Assembly: GCA_043228905.1 (NCBI GenBank)
Contig: JBHGNT010000022.1
Location: 7,750,001-7,814,000, forward strand
Direction: 5' to 3'
From: Azolla caroliniana
Taxonomy: Eukaryota; Plantae; Polypodiophyta
Length of the DNA: 64,000 nucleotides
Positions 25,101 to 36,394 of the stretch are shown here, one piece after another. A program made the translations under genes and the position numbers. Positions within the stretch are counted from its first letter, which is position 1; the number at the start of each line of letters is the position of its first letter. The notes under the pieces are model-generated. The model was not told the origin of the DNA. It saw only the letters and a program-made list of their open reading frames with translations, and searched no databases.

Positions 25101-28100
25101 TGTTGAGCGGCAAGCTCAACCGGAGCCGGATCGGCTGAATAAGCCGGAGCCGGTAAGCGAGACGGATCGGGCGAAACGGATTGGTATGACGGTGAGCAAC
25201 CGAACCGGCAAGCAGTGGAGGCCGGGTGCAATCTGCAACCGGAAGTCCAATCGGAAGCCTAGTATAGGATAGACTACTAGGTAGCTATAGTCTCGTAGTA
25301 AGTGTTAGATGCTCGTGTGAGCATTGAAGTACATGGTACTTCTATCAGTCCCAAGAGGACTTGTATAAATAGTGCTACTTAGCACAGTGTGTAGATAGAG
25401 TTTTGATATAATTTTGAAATTGTGTTCTGCTCTCTTTGTCTCTCTCTCTCTCTCTCTCTCTCTGTGTTGTTCTCTGTTTTACGCTTCCGCAAACACTTAC
25501 GTTCTCATGGTATCAGAGCGCGAGGGTTGAGAACCTCTGCCGCAGACATTTACTCTTGAGAAGAAAACCCTAACAGGGCGAGAACAGACACAGTAGAAGA
25601 CATGGATAGAGGCATGGCTACGTCACTCCCGGTGGAGAAGCTCGACAGGAGCAACTACGCATCCTAGTCTTACAAGATGCACCAGTACTTGCTTGGACAC
25701 GGGTACTGGAGTTATGTCGAAGGAGCGAATGATGTGGCACCAGACTCGGCACACAAGGACTTCCCGGTATGGGAACAGGCGGCAAGCAGGGTGATGTACT
25801 GCTTCGCGTCCAGTGTCAGCGATCAGCTACTCAGCCACATCCGTGATGCCAAGACACCGAAGGATGCTTGGGGGAACCTGAAAAAGGTTTTCGCCGCAAG
25901 CACCATTGCCCGGAAGCTGCAACTCAGACAGGAGTTGAGCAATGTTCGACAGAAGAACAGGTCCGTGGCAGACTACACGGGCCGGATAAAGGAGATCTGC
26001 GACTCACTAGCCTCTATCTATGTTACCGTAGAGGAAGACGAGATGGTGCAGGTATGTCTCGGAGGCCTGGCGTCCAAGTTCAGAGCGTTCCGGACTGCGG
26101 TGTGTACAAGGGAGAATACCCCCTCATTCTTCGACTTACAGTCGATGCTCCTTGTAGAGGAGAACCACGCCGGTGCATCTACCAGTGCATCCCTGGACAG
26201 CCGAATGTTGTACACGGGAACGGATCGGTTCCGTGGGCGTGGTGGAAGAGGTGGGTCGGCACGCAATGGAGGCGGCCGGCAAGAGCAGGAACGGAGGCAC
26301 TATGAACGTGCCGACAACAGTTCCGGGACTTCCACAAGCAAGGGGAGTCAAGGCGGTGCCGGAGGCCGGCAAGACAAATCCGCTACGGAATGCTGGTACT
26401 GTGGCAAAAAAGGCCACAGGGAAAGCAAGTGCTAGAGAAAGCGTGCTGATTCGGACAAATCCGGATCCGGCAATACCGGTAAGGATGGCCGGCAAAACTC
26501 GCACTACGCAAACGGATCAGAAGGATCCGGAACCGGAAAGGCCGGTAAGGGGCCAGCTTTGCCTTGGTGATGAATCACAAGGCAAACTCAATGAAGAAGA
26601 CCACTTCCAAAACGGAGGAAGTGTGGTATGTTGATTTCGGCGCGTCGAACCACATGACGAGCCACAAAGAGTGGTTCTCCTTTCTAGAGAGACCGGATCA
26701 ACCAGGAGTAGTCGAAACCGGAGACGACACTCCTCACCCAATCATGCACGTCGGAGAAGTCCCTCTAAGCCACGTCGGATAGAAAGGGAAGCTGATGAAC
26801 GTGTTACACGTTCCGACGATCACGAAGAACCTGGTGTCCGTCGGTCAGATTGTCGACCAGGGGATGCAGGTGCGGTTTACGCACCTCGGGTGCTTCATTG
26901 AGGATGAGGGCGAAGTCATTGCGCAAGGGTGTAGAGACGGGAGGATGTTTATCCTCGACACCAATGACTTTGGCACTGCTCTGTTCGCGAATCGACAGAA
27001 GATCGAGTCGGACATCGACCTGTGGCACAAGCGGATATGCCACGTCAACTACCGGAGGCGTCAAGATCTGCAAACGAAACAAGTCGTTTTCGGTTTGCCG
27101 AAGTTCAGCGGCCGGAGAGCCGAAATTTGTGAAGCCTGCCAACTTGGGAAGCAACACCGGCTTCCATTCCCCACTGAACGGAACCGGAGCTGTAACAAGC
27201 TCGATCTCATCCATTCGGATGTGTGGGGACCGGCACAAAGTGTAAGCCTTGGCGGGAGCCGATACTTCGTCTCCTTCATCGACGACTATATTGGGCATAC
27301 TTGGATCTACCTCATTGAGCGGAAGAGCGAAGTCTTCGACTGTTTCCGGAGCCTCCAGAAGATGGTGGAATGGGAATCGGAGAGGAAGATCAAATGCCTT
27401 CGGTCAGATGGCGGAAAGGAATATTTTTCTGGCCAATTCACTAGTTATCTACAGCAGAAGGGAATTCGGCGAGAGTTCAGCTGCAGATACACACCGGAGC
27501 AAAACGGTGTGGCCGAAAGGAAGAACCGGACACTCGTCGAAGCGGCAAGGGCAATGCTGGAGGAAAAGAGCATGCCCCGGTTCTACTAGGCGGAGGCGGT
27601 CCAGACGGCCGTCTACATACAAAACCGCATCGGTGACAAGGTGTCAGCTCATGAGTTGTATTTCGGGCGCAAGCCGAACTTAAGACACCTTCGGATATTC
27701 GGCAGCATAGCGTATGTGCATGTGCCGGATCAGAAGCGGAGAAAGCTGGATGCAAAATCGAAAAAATGCATCCTAGTCGGCTATGCTCAAGAGCAAAAGG
27801 GGTATAAGTGCTATAACCCCCGGACGAAGGAAGTCGGAGTTAGCCGGGATGTCGAGTTCGATGAATCGGCATCCTGGTACTCCATACCGACTCCGACTTC
27901 CGATCCTGATCCCATGTCAGAAGATCAGGCCAGTGAGCCTGAATCGGCCCTGGCAGAGGATGATGAAGTCAGGACTCAAGATGAGAGTCCGGATTCGTTA
28001 CGGTTGAGTGGGCTGAACGAGCGACTGAGTCGGTTGGACCGGTCGGATGAAGAGACGGCAAGTGGTGGAGACTCTGTCGTGCTCTCCTCGCGCAAGGAAC

Positions 28101-31008
28101 CGAGGAAACGGTTCACGCGCAAAGAGAAGGGGAAGAGGAAGATGCTGGAATTCGAAACCGGCAACGATGAGTCGGATCGGTGCGTATCCGACTCCGGAAA
28201 GGAGAAAGGCAGATCTTCGGCAACGAAGACCGAACTGGCCAAGAAGGGCCTCAAATCAGGTGATGGTGCGTTGCGCCGATCAACCCGTCAGAAGGATCCC
28301 GTCGTGCGGTACGGGTACAATGAATACATGGCGCATCATTATGCGTACATGACTAAGGTGACAGAAGTGCGTGAGCTGGAGAGCTACGCAGAAGCGGCAA
28401 AGGACGCAAATTGGCGTGCCGCTATGGACGAAGAAATGCGGGCACTCGATGCCAACGAAACTTGGGACCTAGTTGATCCTCCCCGTCACTGTAAACCGAT
28501 CGGATGCAAGTGGGTGTACAAGGTCAAGTACAACGCCGACGGTTCTGTTAACTGGTACAAAGCCCGGTTAGTAGCGAAGGGATACGCGCAGACCCACGGA
28601 ATCGACTACGACGAGATCTTCGCTCCTGTGGCGAAGATGACGACGGTTCGTGTGGTACTGGCGGTTGTTGCGGCAAGGGGGTGGCATCTTCACCAGATGG
28701 ATGTGAAGAATGCCTTCCTTCAAGGAGAGCTTGTTCTCTGGAAGTCTTTATGACTCAGCCCCCCGGATTTCACTCGGAGATGAACAAGTCGGCGGTATGC
28801 CGACTGAAGAAGTCGCTTTACGGCTTGAAGCAAGCCCCCCGAGCTTGGAACGCGAAGATCACGCACCGGTTGTGTAAGCTGGGGTTTGCTGTCTCTAAGT
28901 CGGACTCTTCGTTATTCATCCGGCAAGGCTCTGACGGTCCGGTATGTATACTCTTGTATGTGGATGATTTAGTCATCACCGGACTGGGTCTTCCTGAAAT
29001 TAACCATGTCAAGTCCCAGTTGTCGGACGCATTCGAAATGAAGGACCTGGGGGACCTTCATTATTTTCTTGGGATCGAAGTGATCCGGACCCCCGACGGC
29101 ATATTGCTCTCACAATGACATTACGTGTTGAATATGCTGTATAAGTTCGGCATGACGAACTGCCGACCTGTCTCCACACCCCTGGACCGGAACCAGAAGC
29201 TCCGTCCCAACTCCGGACCGGCCTGCAATGAGAAACGGTTCCGACAGGTTGTCGGAAGCCTGATCTACTTAACCATCACCCGACCCGACATCAGCTATCC
29301 GGTGGGCATGGTAAGCCAGTTCATGCAGAAGCCGACCGTGGAGCACCTTCAGTGCACGCAACGGATATTACGGTATGTCAGCGGCACTAAGGACCGGGGA
29401 CTGCTATACCGGCGAGGTATACCCGAAGAGCTTGTCGGTTACACAGATGCTGATTGGGCCGGCGATGCGTCTGATCGCCGCTCCACTTTCGGATACATGT
29501 TCTCCATAGGTAGCGCGGCCGTTGCGTGGAGCAGCAAGAAGCAGCCCACAGTGGCTTTGTCAAGCACTGAGGCTAAGTACCGGGCTGCTACCGTTGCCAC
29601 TTGTGAAGCAATCTGGCTTCGGCGACTGCTGCGAGACTTGCGGATCGAGGTACCGATCCCGATCCCGATTTACTGCGATAACATGAGTAGCCTGCAGCTC
29701 GCCAGGAACCCTATGTTCCATGCTCGCACAAAGCACATCGAGGTGCACTACCACTTCGTGCGTGAGCGGGTCCTAAGCGGTGAAGTTGACCTACGGTATG
29801 TTCATACGGATCGGCAAGTTGCCGACATCTTCACCAAGCCTCTAGGATCGGAAAAGTTGCAGCACTTTACCGACATGCTTGGTATTCAACATCTCGACGT
29901 GCCGCACTTGAGGGGGAGAAGCAAGGGCAAAGTCTCTATCGAAACGGGCAAAGGCAAAAAAATTGTTGAACCCGTCGGTAAGAGGAGAGCCGGAAGAAGA
30001 GGAGACAAGAAGATGAAGGAAGCCGAGTCGACGAAGGAAGTCGACACATCCGAACAGGTCGGAGCAAGCGGCTGTGAAGAAGAGTTGTGCACTCAGGAAG
30101 AGAAGTGCATGTTGTGCGGAGGTCATCACGACGGTACTGACCATGATACAGAGTCAAATGAAGAATTCGATTTCGGTTCATCGGCTGAAGAAGCCGAGGG
30201 AAGCATGGAGAAGGCCAAGACTCGGAAGTGGTCCGATGTGGTGAGAGGCCTGAAGCCGGAAGTTGAATCGGAGTGTACCGATTCGGACAAGAGCTGGAAC
30301 GAGTCGGAGACAACTGACTCGGATCAACAGATGGATCCGGATGAGTCGGATCGACTGAAGGCCATGGGGACACGGACACAGCGGAAGTCGATGCCATCGT
30401 GGGAGAACCGACGGATCGGAAAGCGCCGGAGTCACAACAACGTGAGTGCTGAGATGGGCCTATTGAGCAGACATGCCGACCGAGAGGGTCGAGGCGCGCA
30501 GAACCAAAGGGGTCGCGGCAAACGGGACCGGACCGAACGAGGAGCGCGAGCAAGGCGGAGTGACGCCAGGAGAAGTCGGTTGGAAGAACCGACTGCCACA
30601 GAGGTCGACACTACGACCCCACCTCAGGTTGAGCTTGAGGGGGAGTGTTGAGCGGCAAGCTCAACCGGAGCCGGATCGGGCGAAACCGATCGGTATGACG
30701 GTGAGCAACCGAACCGGCAAGCAGTGGAGGCCGGGTGCAATCTGCAACCGGAAGTCCAATCGGAAGCCTAGTATAGGATAGACTACTAGGTAGCTATAGT
30801 CTCGTAGTAAGTGTCAGATGCTTGTGTGAGCATTGAAGTACATGGTACTTCTGTCAGTCCCAAGAGGACTTGTATAAATAGTGCTATTTAGCACAGTGTG
30901 TAGATAGCGTTTTGATATAATTTTGAAATTGTGTTCTGCTCTCTCTATCTCTCTCTCTCTGTGTGTGTTGTTCTCTGTTTTACGCTTCTGCAAACACTTA
31001 TGTTCTCA
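25101..31008 (+). mobile_element. Full-length Ty1/copia element, possibly Bryco/RLC5-like
   Basis: LTRs 25101-25507 and 30646-31008; perfect TSD gatcc; PBS tggtatcagagc (tRNA-iMet) at 25508; PPT gagggggag; gag-PR-INT-RT-RH order. Lineage name is inference. Confidence 0.95.
25602..30651 (+). pseudogene. pol: copia gag-pol with stops and frameshifts and a long C-terminal extension
   Basis: [73 protein letters not shown]; ORF 29125-30651 runs into the LTR. Confidence 0.93.
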
Positions 31009-31117
31009 GATCCGAAATCAACCTGATGTCCATGGACTTCTACAAAAAGGGGAAATGGCTGATCAACAATAAGCACGGGTGGAAGATACGCGCACTACCG
31101 AGGAACTACACGGTGCG

Positions 31118-31458
31118 TGTTGAATACGGGCTTCTAATGGATGTATTCACACCGTCTCCTTTTGTACACACTAGGCTTAGGCTATTTATGAAAATAGTGA
31201 GAAGGGTAGTTGCCCTAAGTCAGTTAGTATATAAACTGACTTTGTAACCTAGTTGTTGTTGCTTTAAGTTGTAATATACTCTTTACATTGTGCCTAACTG
31301 TCTCTCTCTCTCTCTTTGGCGTACTTGTATTGTTTGTCTTTGCTGCTATAAAAGTTACGATCTTGTATCCACTGACGATCTTATAGGAGCTTATAGAAGA
31401 AGAGTGTTGATCTTGTTCCGCATTAGATGATGGCGATCCCAACATCTGGTATCAAAGC
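31118..31458 (+). mobile_element. Orphan copia-type LTR (31118-31444) with tRNA-iMet PBS
   Basis: TGTTGAA...CCCAACA followed by tc-tggtatcaaagc; TATA-like tatataaa near 31228; no partner LTR in the window. Confidence 0.7.
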
Positions 31459-34240
31459 TTGGTATTGTTTCCTCGGGTTCCCTCCCGGATAGTTGGGAGA
31501 TGCTAGTTGTCACGTTGGGCAACACCGGGTTGGAAGGAGAACAATTGTCCCTAGGAAGAGTCAAATCAAGCTTGCTAGATGAAGAAGCTTGCTCAAAGGA
31601 CTGGGAGTCCGGAACTGATTCGAAGGCCTTGGTTATGAAAGATGACCACAACCGGGGAAGAGGCCAGTATCGGAGTCCCCAAAACCGGGACAAATCGGGG
31701 ACGAGGTCGAAGTCGAGAGGAAGGCACACGTGCTTCTATTGCGGGAAGCCGGGGCACTTTCAAAAGAAGTGTCAACATTTCCAAAAGGAAAAAGGGGGAG
31801 CCGATGGTGTGCAACCGAAAAATAATAATTTGGAAAGCAGGAACACCTTGGTGATCGCGACAAGTGAGGAGGAGTTGTTGTTCATTACCGAGCAGAACGA
31901 AGTTAACCTTGTTGGTAATGAATCAACATGGGTGGTCGATGCTTCTCCAATGCTTCTCATCGTACAAGGTTGATGATTTCGTATTCGTAAATATGGGAAA
32001 TGAAGGAGCATGCCGAATTGTTGGCATTGGAGACGTGTATTTGGTGACCTCAACTGGCGGCAAACTCGTGCTGAGAGATGTTCGACACGTTCCAGAGGTT
32101 CGATTGAACGTGATATTAGTCGGTGGGCTGAATGATGAAGGCTACACGGGTAGCATCTAGAATGGTGTCATGAAGTTCTGCAATGGGAGCCTAATCGTGG
32201 CTCGAGCTCAGAAAACCAACACACTGTACATAATGAATGCTCGAGTATGCCGCGGGGAAGTGAATGTGGCAACCGAAACAGTCGGTGAACTATGGCACAG
32301 GAGGTTATGGCACATGAGCTAAAAGGGGATGCAGAAGCTTGCCGAGGATAACCTCATTCCAGAGGTGAAGAACGTGCAACTTGAGAAATGCATGGATTGC
32401 TTGGCCGGTAAGAAAACTCGAACATCCCTTCGAACAAGGCCCCCAATGAGGAAGAAAATACCGTTGGAACTCTTGCATACGGATGTATGCTACGTGGACA
32501 CGAAGTCGCATAGTGGTTCACAATATTTCGTGACCTTTATAGATGACTATAGCCGGAAGTAGTGGGCTTCCGTGCTGAAGACGAAAGATCAAATGTTATT
32601 TGTCTTCAAATAGTTCCAAGTGAAGGCCGAGAGAGAAACTGGTCGTAGGTTGAAGGCAGTCCGAACGGACAATGGCGGAGAGTACCATGGACCATTCAAA
32701 GAATATTGCCGAAAAGAAGGAATCAGGCTTGAGTATACCGTGCCAAAAATGCTAGAGCTGAATGGGCTGGCTGAGAGAATAAATCGGACCATAATGGAGA
32801 GAGTCCGAAGCATGCTTGCACATGCGAAATTACCGAAAACATTCTAGGCTGAGGCGCTAATGACAGCAGCATATGTGATAAAGTGATCACCCTCAGTACC
32901 CTTGGATGGTGATATTCCACAACGGGTGTGGAGCGGAAAAGACATGTCGTACCGACATTTGAGGGTGTTCGATTGTCTTGCTTTTGTGCATGTGGCAAAG
33001 GACCAGAGGGGAAAATTAGACCCAAAATCTCCACCATGCATATTTCTCGGTTACGGCGATGATGACTTCGGCTATCGGCTCTAGGACTTAGCTGAGAAGA
33101 AGGTGATTAGGAGCCGAGATATTGTCTTCATGGAAGAGAAGACAATGATGTTGGGAATTCGGTCCCTCCAGATGGGATCTGGTTATGAATGAAGTGATCC
33201 GGAAACTGGATCAGATGGACCCGGTGAGAACCGGAAGAGATCCAGTAACTGGATCGGATGGACCCGGTGAGCCGGAAGTGAAGACATATTTGTAAATATG
33301 TTTTGACTAATCCTATTGAGGTTATATTTGTAAATAGCACTAAGTTCATATAAGTATAAATATGACTTACGGCAATCACTTTTAGAGTGGTTGTCATATT
33401 GTTGTATGTATAACTATTGTATAGACAAAGAGAGATAGCGAGAGAGTAGCTACGAGCACTTTCTGTTGTAACCGTCATCTGGCAAAGATCGTGAGCACGA
33501 GGTCATTGCCTCTGTGCCTCCACTTTGTATTTCCTCTCATATAGTGATAGTTGGAGTCTGTGGGCTCCCATGGTTTTTTCCCTATTAGGGTTTTCCACGT
33601 AAACATCCAATGTCATTTCTATGTACTCTCTTTTATTCCCATTTCTGTGTTCAAGACTCGGTTGTGGTTGAGCAATATTCCGCGCTATTCTTCATAATCT
33701 GGTATCAGAGCAAACAACACAAGAAATGGAAGAGTCGTTCAGCGGCATATTCAAGCTCACCGGCTCCAACTACTCAGTGTGGTAGTCGAAGATGAGGGAT
33801 ATGTTGGTGGTTAAAGATCTTTCGTTTCTGGTTCAGTCCGGGGACAAAAGACCAGATAAGATCGATGCCACAACATGGGAGGTGATGCACATGAAAACGA
33901 TGGTGTACATCTAGTGCTTCATCGACATGAGTCTGTACAAAAACTTCAATGAAGAGAGCAAGGCTCATGAACTTTGGGAGAAGATCGGCATCATGTCCTA
34001 GAATAAGAATGCCATTAATCGGGTTTCGGTATTCCAGAAGCTAGTGAGGCTCTGGTACCAAGATGGCTCCTGTATGGAAGAGCACATGAATGCCTTCCAG
34101 GGGTTAATACATCAAGAAACCTCGTTGGAAGTACCTCTCGCTGATGAGGTACTTCCATTGCTCTTGCTTGGTTCCCTCCCGAATAGCTAGGAGATGTTAG
34201 TTGTCACATTGGGCAACACCGGGCCAGAAGGAAAACAATT

Positions 34241-34620
34241 GTCCCTAGCAAGGGTAAAATCAAGCTTGGTAGATGAAGAAGCTCGTTGGAAGGACCGGGA
34301 GTCCAAAACCGATACGAAGGCCTTGGTTATTGAAAAGAATGGCGTGCGGAAGCAATATAGGAAACCGAACAACAGAAAACGCAGGTTTAATGGAAAGCAT
34401 AGGTTTGCACAATACGCACGAGAGAGACAGGTCCCTAGCAAGGGTAAAATCAAGCTTGGTAGATGAAGAAGCTCGTTGGAAGGACCGGGAGTCCAAAACC
34501 GATATGAAGGCCTTGGTTATTGAAAAGAATGGCGTGCGGAAGCAATATAGGAAACCGAACAACAGAAAACGCAGGTTTAATGGAAAGCATAGGTTTGCAC
34601 AATACGCACGAGAGAGACAG
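34241..34620. repeat. 190-bp tandem duplication spanning the copia C/copia D junction
   Basis: 34241-34430 matches 34431-34620 apart from one C/T difference seen. Confidence 0.95.
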
Positions 34621-35203
34621 AGAGAGAGTAAAAACAGAACTATATTCAAAATAATATTCAATCTGTACATACATTGTGCTCAGTGAGCACCTTTTATACA
34701 AGCCCTGACAATGGGTTGACACAAGTACTGACAATACTTGATTGCTCATGAATGAGCCTCGACACTGTTAACTCTTCAGGCCGGACAATGGCCTAACACA
34801 GGGTGTCTACGGGAGACACTTCACCAAAGGGTGTTACGGCCGTAGGATTAGACTTCGACGCTTAATCCTACTTGGTTAAGTTACTTATTATGATCGTCTT
34901 TCATAACACACACGTAAGATATAACAATTAAGACAGAACGGCAATTAACACAGAAAGATAACAACGCTTAAGCTTTCATTAATTAACCGCTAACTATTAC
35001 ATTGTATCCGGGCGTTTAAATAGGTTTCTGGTCTGTATTACAAAACGGTGCCATCCGCACCTGTTCGGAATCGGTCCGGATCCGGAACGGCATACCGTTT
35101 CCGGTCCGTCCGTCCACACTCATAGCGTAATTACAACCACATTCCTACTACTTAATTAGCTCTCCGTTTCCCACTCTGGACTCCTTTGCCGGCCGGTAAC
35201 ACA

Positions 35204-35220
35204 TGGCACGCCCGTGGGAC
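35204..35220 (+). promoter_or_regulatory. PBS-like tRNA-Arg complement at the position of the PPT, opposite to gag-pol
   Basis: LTR end ...ggtaACA, 2-nt spacer, then TGGCACGCCCGTGGGAC; no purine tract on the element strand. Confidence 0.75.
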
Positions 35221-35255
35221 AGTACCTTGTACGTCGAATCCACAACCGACCCTTG

Positions 35256-36227
35256 CTATTCTTCGTCCAAAATGTCCAGAATGCTTTGTTCGAGAGGCTC
35301 CAATGGTTCATCTGGAAGTGGTTGTTGTTGTTGTTGTTGTTGCTGCTTTGTTGCAGTCTGCTGCGGCGGGTCCATTGGTGGTTGCTGCGGCTGCTCCTCC
35401 GATTGTGGCTCCGATTGTGGCTCCGATTGTGGCTCTGACACTCGCATCTTGGGCTGGACGGTCTGAACGGGTGGCACCAGCAAGGTGAGCCACTGCGTTA
35501 CGGCGTGCCATATCCTTCGTCCGTCTCGGCCTTCTTTGTCGTCTTTGCCTCTGACGATCTTGATCGCCGCACACAACCCGTCTGCGATCAATACCGGACA
35601 ATCCACCTTGATCCCTTCATAGGTGGCGATGATCATCCCTGCCCGGTTCTGCGGCATGACAGGGGGTCTAGGGTACACGTGTCCGTATTCATGGAGCACA
35701 CGAGCAATTTCACGGAACAACATATCTCCGCCGCCCTGTGTCCGGTAGCCCTTGCTAGCTAGAGAGTACTCACCAAAATACCTAATGAGTTGCTCCGGGG
35801 TTGGATTGTCGATCGTGAGTATGCCTCCCTCCGGAAGGCCTGTTAACGCTCGAATCGCCTCTGCCGTTATGACCTCTGTATCGATTTCCTTGATCACTTT
35901 GTCAGCTTCTTTGTGTGGCGGTACTTCCATCATCATCAAGAAGCCCTCGAGCCCGTGTTGCTTCAGCCATGTCTTGGCGGCTTCCGACAGCGTTTGCGGG
36001 TCCATGTCTGTGTCAAGGTCAGATGGTGGTGGCGAGGTTGGATGGTGATGAGAGTGAGGTTGAGACAGAGAGAGTTCAGAAGGCGGGGGTTCTCTGTGCG
36101 CAGGTTCTTGTCTAATGATCTTGCAGCGTCTTGGTGCTTCTGTGCTCCTGGGTTCGCGAAAGTAGAGGGTCTCTACGCGTAGTGGTTTTTGTTTGTGCAT
36201 TCTGGCGCCTTTTTCGAGTGTGTGCAT
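35256..36227 (-). CDS. Extra ORF of gypsy E, 323 aa, function unknown
   Basis: Open frame between pol and the 3' LTR, same strand as pol; ITAEAIRALTGLPEGG core; EPQS repeats and poly-Q tail. Confidence 0.7.
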   Translation of the reverse strand: MHTLEKGARMHKQKPLRVETLYFREPRSTEAPRRCKIIRQEPAHREPPPSELSLSQPHSHHHPTSPPPSDLDTDMDPQTLSEAAKTWLKQHGLEGFLMMMEVPPHKEADKVIKEIDTEVITAEAIRALTGLPEGGILTIDNPTPEQLIRYFGEYSLASKGYRTQGGGDMLFREIARVLHEYGHVYPRPPVMPQNRAGMIIATYEGIKVDCPVLIADGLCAAIKIVRGKDDKEGRDGRRIWHAVTQWLTLLVPPVQTVQPKMRVSEPQSEPQSEPQSEEQPQQPPMDPPQQTATKQQQQQQQQPLPDEPLEPLEQSILDILDEE

Positions 36228-36394
36228 GTCGCGTACTTAAAATAGCATTATGTCTTGTGGTGGCGCTTTAAATGCCCACTACGTACCTTTTCGCTCCTCG
36301 CTCTTTCATCCATTCATTCCTCGCTTTTGCATGATTGTTTTTTTTTTTCTTTTTTTTTCTTTTTTTTTTCGTTATTATTATTATTAGTGTGACA

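Larger units (their letters stand above)
353..31117 (+). mobile_element. Gypsy element A, fragmented: 5' LTR 353-933; internal pieces 934-1878, 2575-3172, 24874-25100, 31009-31117; 3' part absent
   Basis: TGTCGTG...CGCGACA LTR; PBS at 940; gag-like ORF pieces (RFGGKNVTSYLEA); reading continues across insertions as KEF|HDSIVDLVK and protease ALIDHGS|EINLM. Confidence 0.85.
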
